Of a DNA stretch of 64,000 nt, positions 1 to 8,298 are shown piece after piece (the first letter of the stretch is position 1; each line of letters begins with the position of its first letter). The stretch is from positions 765 through 64,764 of the forward strand of contig CAMMMX010000018.1 in NCBI GenBank assembly GCA_946498095.1, written 5' to 3'. The translations under genes were made by a program, and so were the position numbers. Source of the DNA: an uncultured Clostridia bacterium (lineage in GTDB: Bacteria; Bacillota; Clostridia; Oscillospirales; Ruminococcaceae). The notes beneath the pieces are model-generated. The model saw only the letters and a list, made by a program, of their open reading frames with translations, was not told the DNA's origin and ran no database searches.

Positions 1-94
1 CCTATCAAAAATACACTAGGTAAGGGGTATTGACTTACAAATATACGACATCAAAAAATATTACGTTCTTGGCGGAAAAGACAATTAGAAAAAA

Positions 95-604
95 TTAGCG
101 AGCCTCTTCTAACTCCATACCGAACTCATAGATTCGGAAATATTTGCCTTGATAAAAAACGAGCGCCTCGTTATTCCAATAAGGATGGTATCCGTTTGCA
201 TAACAAGGAATAATCACCTTGCGGGTGAATAAACATTTCCGTAAAAGGGTGCTGTCGTTACAGCTTACACTCAGGATAAAATTGTTTTGGTTATCGGGAT
301 GAGGTATGATTTGTAACAGGCAGTACTCCCCTTCGTAACGTTTGCCAAGATAGGTAAATCCAGTCCGATCTGCTTGAACCGGAAAATGTGAACGCAAGTC
401 CTGAAGCGTATCTGTGTCAGTCAGATCGTCTAAAATTATAAAATTCCTCCGACCGTCCTTTCTGTATATATCCCAGTCTTGCGATATAGGATACTGCACA
501 TCAATCGCCTGACGATAACCGTTTGATCTGGGCATTGAAAAGGCCTCCGCGCAAGCCAGAAATGCGGCATCACTACCTGCATACAAAACAGTTAGTGGCT
601 GCAA
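95..604 (-). CDS. hypothetical protein (169 aa), distal gene of a 4-gene minus-strand cluster
   Basis: Open frame beginning (TTG 604) 8 nt after the stop of the upstream hydrolase gene. No motif I recognise, and the start is uncertain. Confidence 0.4.
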   Translation of the reverse strand: MQPLTVLYAGSDAAFLACAEAFSMPRSNGYRQAIDVQYPISQDWDIYRKDGRRNFIILDDLTDTDTLQDLRSHFPVQADRTGFTYLGKRYEGEYCLLQIIPHPDNQNNFILSVSCNDSTLLRKCLFTRKVIIPCYANGYHPYWNNEALVFYQGKYFRIYEFGMELEEAR

Positions 605-611
605 GTAGACG

Positions 612-2594
612 CTAAGAAGGCCTAACCCCTTTTCGCTCGGTATGATTGTATGCCGTCTGTTGACTTCTTATGAAAGTCTTTTCCTGCTTAACATAGTGAA
701 TTTCAGTAGCATCAAAATCCTCATAGTAAAATACATGTCCATTTATATGGACAGTAAAGAAAGAGCGGTTGATAAACGGTGGAATCTTCAGACGAAGTCC
801 CGTAATATTTCTAGCCCTTATCCGGATCATACCGCTATCTGCATGCAGCTTTACTTTTGCATATGTTCTTGTATAGCTGATGCCGTCTAACTCCACCCAG
901 AACGCTTTGAGGTGGCATGCGTCATAGGTCAGAAAATCGATATCTTGGGGATATTTCTCCGCAGACTTGGACAGCATTTCCTCTATGAAAGTAACCTTGC
1001 CGGAAAATTGATGGAGCCAAACATGCTTGTAGTATGCCGGCAGACAGCCCTCATAATCTGGCAGCTTTTTGAGTCTGGGCTCCAGAGCGTCAAATGTCGG
1101 CTGTTTCATGGTGTCAAAATCGGAGGAGTAATTCACCACCTTGACATGCGCAAGGTTCTGCATCAAATTGTGTTCTGCTAGCCCGGAGAAAACATAGATA
1201 CCGGCGAAAAGATCCGGGTAGCGCTGCGCAATTGCCCATGTCGCCGACGCGCCATTCGAAGTTCCATATGCATAAATACGCTGCGGGTCAATTGGGAACA
1301 AGTTCATCAAATGGGAAAGTTGTTCCATGATGGCTGCCTCTCCAATATAACTGCCCATTGTTACCCCTCTTGCGTAAAAATCCGCTAAAATAAATTGCCT
1401 GCCCGAATAGCTTTGAAAACAAATCGAATGAAAACCTCTATTTGCCATTGAATTTGCGATAATCAAAGGATAACTCTGTTGCCCATCGTAATCCCTCGGT
1501 AGCGTCACATCATAGTAGTTTACTCGGTGATCGAGCGCGGAACGGTAGTAGACGCGTTCTTGTTTGCCGCTTGTAATAAGGTCCCAATAATGGCCGTTGT
1601 CCTGCCATGCAAGCATAAGCATTGCTAATCGGTCGCAAGTATACAGGGTTCCCATCGGGTTATCCCGACAGATTTCAAAATCGTTTTGCAGCTGCTCCCA
1701 TGCGAGCAAGTCCATTTCTTCCGGCTGGATCAATGACAGCATTTCCTTTGCTTGCCTGAGAAGCCGATCCCGGGACTGAAAAATATCATGCAGGAAAACG
1801 TCTGTCGTCATATCTTCTTGCCTTCCGTCCCGATATCGATAATGGAATCGAAAGACCAGATGCGTCAGACCTGCAGCGGGTGCGAAATCATAAAGGGACG
1901 GGTCAATTTCATAGATAACCCCTATCTGGATAAAGCGTGTTTCGACTGGTTGAAACGGATAGGACGGGCCTATTTCCAGCCAGACATCTTGATCTGGATC
2001 GAGATCGACCGTATTATTGAGGACGGTTATGAAACGATAGATGCCGCCTTGGGTGAAATCCCGCTGGTTATCAATAATCCACAGCGTTTTATCCCGAAAG
2101 TAGCGATTGCTGTGCAGCAGACTAAGCTTTCCTGGCTTTATTTCATCTTCATAGCGGCTGAGGCGCATTGTCATATATGCGTTCTCTGGCAGAATAGGAG
2201 CCTCTAAAACGAACTCGTTACAAGCTTGTTCAAAGGTATGGACAATGGGAACCGACAGATACATGTCATCACTCATTGAAATTATCGTTTGATTCAGCCA
2301 GATTTTCATTGGAAAATTGTTTTCGATGAAGAGGACAAAACGTGTCCCGGGAGTTGTATGAACGCGAAAACGAAAGCAGGTCGTCTGTTTTGGGTAATCG
2401 CATTCGGATACGTAAATCTGGTCGTCGGTATCAGGACGCGATATCAGTCGTATATCAGCGTCAGGGCGCGGGGTTAATTCTGCGGTAAAAGTCGTATTAT
2501 GAAACGAATATTCCTCCTGCAGGGTCCCCGGATAAGCGGCTAATGTGTCAATGAAAATTGGTTCATTGGATAATTGATATTCAAAAGCTTCCAT
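612..2594 (-). CDS. large cytoplasmic alpha/beta-hydrolase (S9/esterase-like serine hydrolase), ~660 aa
   Basis: Nucleophile elbow G-x-S-x-G in YAYGTSNGASATWAIAQRYPDLF. Start moved to ATG 2594 (MEAFEYQ...) because a GGGAGAG RBS lies 6 nt upstream. No signal peptide. Confidence 0.6.
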   Translation of the reverse strand: MEAFEYQLSNEPIFIDTLAAYPGTLQEEYSFHNTTFTAELTPRPDADIRLISRPDTDDQIYVSECDYPKQTTCFRFRVHTTPGTRFVLFIENNFPMKIWLNQTIISMSDDMYLSVPIVHTFEQACNEFVLEAPILPENAYMTMRLSRYEDEIKPGKLSLLHSNRYFRDKTLWIIDNQRDFTQGGIYRFITVLNNTVDLDPDQDVWLEIGPSYPFQPVETRFIQIGVIYEIDPSLYDFAPAAGLTHLVFRFHYRYRDGRQEDMTTDVFLHDIFQSRDRLLRQAKEMLSLIQPEEMDLLAWEQLQNDFEICRDNPMGTLYTCDRLAMLMLAWQDNGHYWDLITSGKQERVYYRSALDHRVNYYDVTLPRDYDGQQSYPLIIANSMANRGFHSICFQSYSGRQFILADFYARGVTMGSYIGEAAIMEQLSHLMNLFPIDPQRIYAYGTSNGASATWAIAQRYPDLFAGIYVFSGLAEHNLMQNLAHVKVVNYSSDFDTMKQPTFDALEPRLKKLPDYEGCLPAYYKHVWLHQFSGKVTFIEEMLSKSAEKYPQDIDFLTYDACHLKAFWVELDGISYTRTYAKVKLHADSGMIRIRARNITGLRLKIPPFINRSFFTVHINGHVFYYEDFDATEIHYVKQEKTFIRSQQTAYNHTERKGVRPS

Positions 2595-2625
2595 GTCGTA
2601 TCTCTCCCTATTTTTTGAATCACAC

Positions 2626-3183
2626 CTAATGTAGCTCAAAACAATCAATGGAAGGATAGGAATACCCGTTATCCGATTGGGTTTTGGTTACTTGAAACTT
2701 GACATACCGACTTTCCGCTGGGCTTTCAAGCGTAAAGGATCGTTTTTGAATTCCCAAAAGGCCATCGTCATATTGATATACAAGAGTCCAATTCTTTTGA
2801 TCGTTCGAAACGGAAAGCGCAAATCCCGCGATGTGATTGGTTAGTCGGGTTTGTTTAATCACGAATTGGGAAAAAGGCAATGTTTCCTCCAAATCAATGA
2901 CAAACCATTCCTCTGCTCCACTTCCCTCTTTCGCGCTCCAGTTGGTATTCGGCTGATCGTCGACCATCTTGTCTGGCAAGCAATTTTCAAAGGGAACGCC
3001 GTTTTCGTCGCTCCAAACACTGGAGGCGACAACGGGTTTTTGATAGCAAAGGCTGGAGCGCTCAACCTCTATATAGCAGCGAATCTCTTCGTAATGTTGG
3101 TCGTCGTCGGCTTTGATTTCCAGTTCATGTACAACCGTATTTTGCGTATCGATGACCACGGAGCCCAAAGGGGGTACCGCCAC
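2626..3183 (-). CDS. discoidin / F5-8 type C (CBM32-like) domain protein, 185 aa
   Basis: NWSAKEGSGAEEWFVIDLEETLPFSQFVIKQ...FALSVSNDQKNWTLVY is the typical F5/8-C pattern. GTG start, no signal peptide. Confidence 0.5.
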   Translation of the reverse strand: MAVPPLGSVVIDTQNTVVHELEIKADDDQHYEEIRCYIEVERSSLCYQKPVVASSVWSDENGVPFENCLPDKMVDDQPNTNWSAKEGSGAEEWFVIDLEETLPFSQFVIKQTRLTNHIAGFALSVSNDQKNWTLVYQYDDGLLGIQKRSFTLESPAESRYVKFQVTKTQSDNGYSYPSIDCFELH

Positions 3184-3250
3184 GATCGAATGGGCTTCTC
3201 CATTAACTTTGAAAATCCTTTAGCTTAAAAAATAAAAGGGGAGTCTGATG

Positions 3251-3682
3251 TTACGCAGTGTAGGGATAGTCAAAGAAATGTTGATACCCTTGCGCGACTC
3301 CCTCAAAGGAGCAGGGATACGAATCAAATTTGCCATTGACCATTTTGAGCGTATAAAACTCTTTATGCGCATCATCGTATCCATAAATCACAAGGCTATG
3401 GATAAATCCTTCGGTACGGCTTGGGTCTCCGGCTAGGTATTTATGGTCAAGAAAAACAATCGCATAAAAATCAAACAATTCCGCGTAATAATCATAATTG
3501 ACGCCGTTGCCGCAGTAATCAAAATTGAAGTTGTCTACAAAACGAACCGTACAGACATTGATAAAGTTTTCATCCACCCAGTTTTTTAATTTCGGTTCGG
3601 CTAAAATAACGCTCATAGGTAATGCGTGTTCAAAGGTGGCGGTCATATTGTGGTTTTTGTTGACGGGAAGTCTCTTTTGCAT
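3251..3682 (-). CDS. hypothetical protein, 143 aa (speculatively a small papain-fold/BtrH-like protein: DYCGNG ... HSLVIYGYDD)
   Basis: ATG 3682 is preceded by a GGAGG RBS, and this is the first gene behind a consensus promoter. The family call is speculative. Confidence 0.45.
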   Translation of the reverse strand: MQKRLPVNKNHNMTATFEHALPMSVILAEPKLKNWVDENFINVCTVRFVDNFNFDYCGNGVNYDYYAELFDFYAIVFLDHKYLAGDPSRTEGFIHSLVIYGYDDAHKEFYTLKMVNGKFDSYPCSFEGVAQGYQHFFDYPYTA

Positions 3683-3716
3683 AATAGTACCTCCAAAATA
3701 ACCTTTATATGGAAAT

Positions 3717-3745
3717 ATTATACAATAGTAATCTTGGGATTTCAA
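3717..3745 (-). promoter_or_regulatory. sigma-A type promoter for the 3682->95 cluster
   Basis: Minus strand reads TTGAAA (3745-3740), 17 nt, TATAAT (3722-3717), about 35 nt upstream of the ATG. Confidence 0.6.
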
Positions 3746-3997
3746 CTTGTTTTTACAATTGTACAGCATGCGCGGCCGGATACTCTTTCTGTCATTTTCC
3801 CTGTACGCTAGGTTCGTTTTTGCTGATGGTTTCACTGGAAAGAAAAAGGACAGAGGAAAGAAATTTTATTTTGTTAAATATGCATTTTAGCGTAAAAATA
3901 TACAAATAAAGCTGTATAATATGCTGCCGGCAAGAATAATATTCATTATGACCAAAATATTAAAAAAGAGCCGAATGAAAATATGGTAATTTACATA

Positions 3998-4026
3998 TAG
4001 ACAAATGCGTCAGAATCGGTTATAAT
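3998..4026 (+). promoter_or_regulatory. sigma-A type promoter of the pyr operon
   Basis: TAGACA (3998-4003), 17 nt, TATAAT (4021-4026). Confidence 0.55.
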
Positions 4027-4046
4027 ATAATGGAATCAGAAGATTG

Positions 4047-4210
4047 CCTTTAAGTTGGTACTGCGAGACTGACAAGGGTTGGATACATCCAAAAGATTTC
4101 CGCTGCCTGTTGTGAACAGGTGGGAGGGCGTGCTATATTGCGGCTGCCCTGTACGGAAAACGGGGAGAAAAGAGGACCTATCTGTCAGGCAACGGCAGAT
4201 AGGTTTTTTT
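4047..4210 (+). promoter_or_regulatory. PyrR-type transcription attenuation leader
   Basis: The stem-loop CCUUUAAG..GUACUGCGAGACUGACAAGG (4047-4078) resembles the PyrR binding loop. It is followed by alternative hairpins and an intrinsic terminator directly in front of pyrR. Confidence 0.55.
4177..4210 (+). terminator. intrinsic terminator (attenuator) in the pyr leader
   Basis: Stem CCTATCTG (4177-4184) / CAGATAGG (4196-4203) followed by 7 T. Confidence 0.7.
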
Positions 4211-4256
4211 GTGGAAAAGTAACGCGGCGGACGCTCCGCCCGACGGAGGGACTCGT

Positions 4257-4784
4257 TTGAAAGAGAAAGCAGTCATATTGGACGAAAAGGCGATGGCGCG
4301 CGCTATTGCGCGGATCTCCTATGAAATCCTTGAGCGAAACCGCGGGGTGGAGGACCTGTGCGTCATCGGTTTGCTGACGCGTGGTGCCGACATTGCTGCC
4401 CGTATCGCTAGGAAGATACAGGAAGTCGAGGGTATCGCCGTGGAGGTGGGGTGTCTGGATATTACGCCCTATCGCGACGACCGTCCAGGCGGGAAGGAGG
4501 AGGGACGCACCCGCATCCCTTTTTCGGTCGGGAACAAGCGTGTGGTTTTGGTCGACGACGTCATTTATACCGGGCGCAGCGCCCGTGCCGCCATGGATGC
4601 GGTGATGGCACGGGGACGTCCCCGTGCGGTGCAGCTTGCCGTTCTCATTGATCGTGGACACCGCGAGTTGCCCATCCGTGCGGACTTCGTGGGAAAGAAC
4701 GTCCCGACTTCCCGGGAGGAGCTGGTACAGGTCATGGTCAGCGAAACCGATGGCTGTGACAAAGTACTCATCTGTGAACGGTAA
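4257..4784 (+). CDS. pyrR: bifunctional pyr operon regulator / uracil phosphoribosyltransferase PyrR
   Basis: PRPP loop VVLVDDVIYTGRSARAAMDAV and overall PyrR-like sequence. TTG 4257 was chosen because a GGAGGG RBS precedes it and the track start (4209) lies inside the terminator T-tract. Confidence 0.85.
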   Translation: MKEKAVILDEKAMARAIARISYEILERNRGVEDLCVIGLLTRGADIAARIARKIQEVEGIAVEVGCLDITPYRDDRPGGKEEGRTRIPFSVGNKRVVLVDDVIYTGRSARAAMDAVMARGRPRAVQLAVLIDRGHRELPIRADFVGKNVPTSREELVQVMVSETDGCDKVLICER

Positions 4785-4811
4785 CTTACCAGAGAGGAAG
4801 GTTTTCCCTAA

Positions 4812-6089
4812 GTGAATCAGGTTTTGATAAAAAACGCATATCTCGTTGATCCGTCGATGCAGATAGAGGAGAATGCGGATATTCTTATCCAGGATGGATT
4901 GGTGGTTAAGGTATGCGACTATATTTCGGACCGCGACTTTGACGGAGAGGTGATCAATGCCGAGGGATTGATCGCCGCGCCAGGCCTTATTGATATGCAT
5001 GTGCACTTCCGGGACCCCGGCTATACCCACAAGGAGGATATCCTGTCCGGCTGTGCATCGGCTGCTGCTGGCGGCTTTACGGCCGTTGCCTGCATGCCGA
5101 ATACGAATCCTGTGGCAGATACGCCTCAGGTGATCCGTTACATGATAGAGAAAGCCGTCCCTACAGGGGTGAGGGTTTTCCCTGTTGCGGCGATTTCCCA
5201 AGGGATGCGCGGCGAGGTGCTGACGGATTTTGCCCTTCTGAAGGAGGCGGGAGCAGTAGCTGTTTCGGACGACGGCCGTCCCGTGCGGAATGCAGCGCTG
5301 ATGCAGGCCGCGATTGAGCGGGCGGAAGAATACGGCCTGCTGGTCATCTCCCACTGTGAGGACCTCGACATTATCGGAAAAGGGATCATGCATAAAGGCA
5401 GCGTTAGCGAGGCACTGGGAGTGCCCGGAATGGACCGTTCCTCTGAAGACAGCGTCACGGCCAGGGAAATTGCGTTGGCAGCTGCGACCGGCGGCCGCGT
5501 CCATATCGCGCACGTCAGTACAAAAGGCGCCGTCGCCTTTATCCGCGACGCCAAACGCCGCGGGGTGCGTGTCACGGCGGAAACTGCGCCGCATTATTTT
5601 ATGCTTACGCACGCGTTGTTGGCTAGCCGTGACGCCTGTTACCGGATGAATCCGCCGCTGCGTGAGGAGGACGACCGGAGGGTTATCCGCCGCGCCGTGA
5701 TTGACGGTACCATTGACTGTATCGCTACCGACCACGCGCCACATACTGCACAGGAGAAGGCGGTTTTTGAGACTGCTCCTAACGGTGTAGTGGGATTGGA
5801 AACATCGCTGGCGGTTACGCTGACCAAGCTGTACCATGACCGTCACGTCTCGCTGACGCGGGTCATTGAGCTTTTGTCGACGCGTCCGGCGCGGGTGCTT
5901 GGCATCGAGGGCGGTACGCTGCGGGAAGGTGCGCGTGCCGATATCGTGCTGTTTGATAAGGAGCGGGAATGGACGGTCCACCCGGATGAACTGGTCTCAC
6001 GCTCGAAAAACACAGTGTTCAAGGGAATGACGCTGAAAGGCAAGGTCATCCGAACTATCAGCGCAGGCAGGACGATTTATCAAGGATAG
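4812..6089 (+). CDS. pyrC: dihydroorotase
   Basis: 425 aa with the metal-binding motif GLIDMHVHFRDPG, plus ...HCED... and ATDHAPH. GTG start. Confidence 0.9.
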   Translation: MNQVLIKNAYLVDPSMQIEENADILIQDGLVVKVCDYISDRDFDGEVINAEGLIAAPGLIDMHVHFRDPGYTHKEDILSGCASAAAGGFTAVACMPNTNPVADTPQVIRYMIEKAVPTGVRVFPVAAISQGMRGEVLTDFALLKEAGAVAVSDDGRPVRNAALMQAAIERAEEYGLLVISHCEDLDIIGKGIMHKGSVSEALGVPGMDRSSEDSVTAREIALAAATGGRVHIAHVSTKGAVAFIRDAKRRGVRVTAETAPHYFMLTHALLASRDACYRMNPPLREEDDRRVIRRAVIDGTIDCIATDHAPHTAQEKAVFETAPNGVVGLETSLAVTLTKLYHDRHVSLTRVIELLSTRPARVLGIEGGTLREGARADIVLFDKEREWTVHPDELVSRSKNTVFKGMTLKGKVIRTISAGRTIYQG

Positions 6090-6119
6090 GTGTGAAAAAC
6101 GAAAGGGAGGAATGGTTGC

Positions 6120-7049
6120 ATGTCCATGGACAGGCTGATTGAGAAGATCATCAGGATGCAGAATCCGACGGTTGTAGGGCTCGATCCCAAACTCGATTAC
6201 GTACCGGATTACATCAAGGAGAAGATGTTTGACAAGTACGGCAATACTCTGAAAGCCGCGTCGAAGGCGCTGTATGCCTTTAACAAGGAACTCATCGATA
6301 ACCTCTGCGATATTGTTCCCGCGGTCAAACCGCAGTGTGCTTACTACGAGATGTACGGCTGGCAGGGCGTTAAGGCACTGGCCAAGACGATCCGCTACGC
6401 ACAGGAGAAGGGGATGTTCGTCATCGTTGACGGCAAGCGCAACGACATCGGAACCACGATGGAGGCCTACACCGCCGGACATTTGGGTGAGATTGACGTA
6501 AACGGCGAGACGCTGACCCCCTTCGGCGGCGACGCCCTTACGGTCAACGCCTATCTCGGCTCGGACGGCATCACTCCTTTGCTCAAGACCTGCCTGGAGT
6601 ACGATAAAGGCATCTTTGTCTTAGTCAAGACCTCCAACCCCTCCTCCGGCGAGCTGCAGGACCGAGAAATAGACGGCGTGCCTGTCTACCGTTTGATGGG
6701 GGAGCTTTGCGAACGCTGGGGAGAAGCGGATCCGGGCGCGTTCGGGTACTCCGGTGTCGGTGCGGTCGTCGGTGCAACCTATCCGGAGCAGCTTGCACAG
6801 CTACGGAAGGATTTGCCGCATACCTTCTTCCTCGTGCCGGGCTACGGCGCGCAGGGGGGAGGCGCGAAGGACGTCGCCGGCGGCTTTGACGAAAACGGCC
6901 TTGGCGCGATTGTCAATTCCTCCCGTGCCGTTATGACCGCCTACAAGAAGGAAGGCTGCGATGAAAAAGACTTCGGCGCAGCAGCGAGCAGGGAAGCTAC
7001 CCGTATGCGTGACGAAATCCTCGGCTTTATCGGAAAAATCGGACGTTAA
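6120..7049 (+). CDS. pyrF: orotidine-5'-phosphate decarboxylase (long, type 2 form)
   Basis: 309 aa with VVGLDP...KPQCAYYE...VDGKRNDIG motifs. AAAGGGAGG RBS. Confidence 0.85.
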   Translation: MSMDRLIEKIIRMQNPTVVGLDPKLDYVPDYIKEKMFDKYGNTLKAASKALYAFNKELIDNLCDIVPAVKPQCAYYEMYGWQGVKALAKTIRYAQEKGMFVIVDGKRNDIGTTMEAYTAGHLGEIDVNGETLTPFGGDALTVNAYLGSDGITPLLKTCLEYDKGIFVLVKTSNPSSGELQDREIDGVPVYRLMGELCERWGEADPGAFGYSGVGAVVGATYPEQLAQLRKDLPHTFFLVPGYGAQGGGAKDVAGGFDENGLGAIVNSSRAVMTAYKKEGCDEKDFGAAASREATRMRDEILGFIGKIGR

Positions 7050-7185
7050 ACGGTGAATTTGTCCTGAGGCTCCGCCTCAGACTCCGTTTAAGGAACTTTT
7101 TTCAAAAAGACCCCTAAGCGGGGTTGGGGGTGGAACCCCCAAGGCAGATTTACCCGTTACCATACAAGGAATAGGAGGCAGACAG

Positions 7186-8259
7186 ATGTCAATATGGATG
7201 GAAGAGAGCAAGGCGGCGTATCTATTGCTGAGTGACGGCACTTTATTCACCGGCAGGCATTTCGGTGCGGAAGGGACGTACATTGGCGAAGCGATGTTTA
7301 CGACGGCGATGGTGGGTTACCAGGAAGCGCTGACCGATCCATCGAACTATGGCAGCGTAATTGTGCAAACCTTTCCGCTGGCGGGAAATTACGGGGTAAA
7401 TGCGGCGCAGATGGAATCATCCCGGGCCTGGGCGGGGGCGTTTGTGGTTCGTGAGTGGTGTGACGCGCCGTCCAGCTTTCGCTGCGAGGGAGATCTGGAT
7501 ACCTTTTTGAAGGAACAGAATGTTGTAGGCTTGTACGACATCGATACCCGCCATCTGACGCGCCATCTGCGCGATCACGGATCAATGCCCGCCATGGTCA
7601 CCACACAGGACGTCTTTGCAACAAAGGATACGCTGCTTCAGCAGCTTGCCGCCTGGAAAGTCGGTGACGCGCTGCGAGCGGTGTCCTGCCGGGAAATGAA
7701 GTGTATGCCTGCGTCCGACGCTAAGAAAGTTGTCGCGGTATATGACTACGGCTGTACCAATAGCCTTATCAATCGACTGCATGCCTTGGACTGCGACGTT
7801 GTGCTGCTCCCCTGGGACACGAAAGCAGCTGACTTGGCGGCGCTGTCGGTCAAGGGAGTTATACTGCCACATGGCGCAGGGGATCCGGAAAGCTATGGCG
7901 AGGCGGTGAAGATCCTCAAGGGACTGGACGCTGTGGGGGTGCCCGTTTTTGGGTATGGTCTTGGGCATCAGTTGTACGCGTTGGCGCACGGCGCTCATTG
8001 TGAGAAGCTGAAATACGGCCATCATGGCGGCAGTCAGCCGGTGCTGGATTTACGCACCAACCGCACCTATGTTACGACGCAGAACCATAGTTACACGGTA
8101 ACCGGTATCAGTCCGGATGTTGCGGAGGTTTGCTTCAAAAATGCCAACGACGGCACCTGTGAGGGACTTTTGTACAAAAATGTCTCTTCACTGACGGTGG
8201 AGTTCACGCCCGGCGCCTACGGAGAGACGCTGCTGGAGGACTTTGTCCGCGGGCTGTAA
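7186..8259 (+). CDS. carA: carbamoyl-phosphate synthase small subunit homologue with a degenerate glutaminase active site
   Basis: Collinear with CarA along its full length (TAMVGYQEALTDPS, DIDTRHLTRHLR, GHHGG, QNHSYTV). The triad positions read GYGLGHQ and VEFTPG instead of GICLGHQ and HPE. AGGAGG RBS. Confidence 0.85.
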   Translation: MSIWMEESKAAYLLLSDGTLFTGRHFGAEGTYIGEAMFTTAMVGYQEALTDPSNYGSVIVQTFPLAGNYGVNAAQMESSRAWAGAFVVREWCDAPSSFRCEGDLDTFLKEQNVVGLYDIDTRHLTRHLRDHGSMPAMVTTQDVFATKDTLLQQLAAWKVGDALRAVSCREMKCMPASDAKKVVAVYDYGCTNSLINRLHALDCDVVLLPWDTKAADLAALSVKGVILPHGAGDPESYGEAVKILKGLDAVGVPVFGYGLGHQLYALAHGAHCEKLKYGHHGGSQPVLDLRTNRTYVTTQNHSYTVTGISPDVAEVCFKNANDGTCEGLLYKNVSSLTVEFTPGAYGETLLEDFVRGL

Positions 8260-8298
8260 GTATCGAATTTTGACACGTGAGCGGAAAGGAAGGAACAT

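Noticed and set aside
4185-5981. 598-aa minus-strand ORF covering pyrR and pyrC
   Set aside because: It is exactly antisense to two genes with unambiguous family motifs. The product is Arg/His/Pro/Gly-rich and of low information, and there is no RBS. Long stop-free antisense frames are expected opposite GC-rich, codon-biased genes.
7050-7185. Second PyrR attenuator between pyrF and carA
   Set aside because: Several small hairpins are present (CTGAGGC..GCCTCAG, CCCC..GGGG, GGGGG..CCCCC). There is no PyrR-loop-like AGAGAGGC core and no U-tract terminator, so only unexplained local structure remains.
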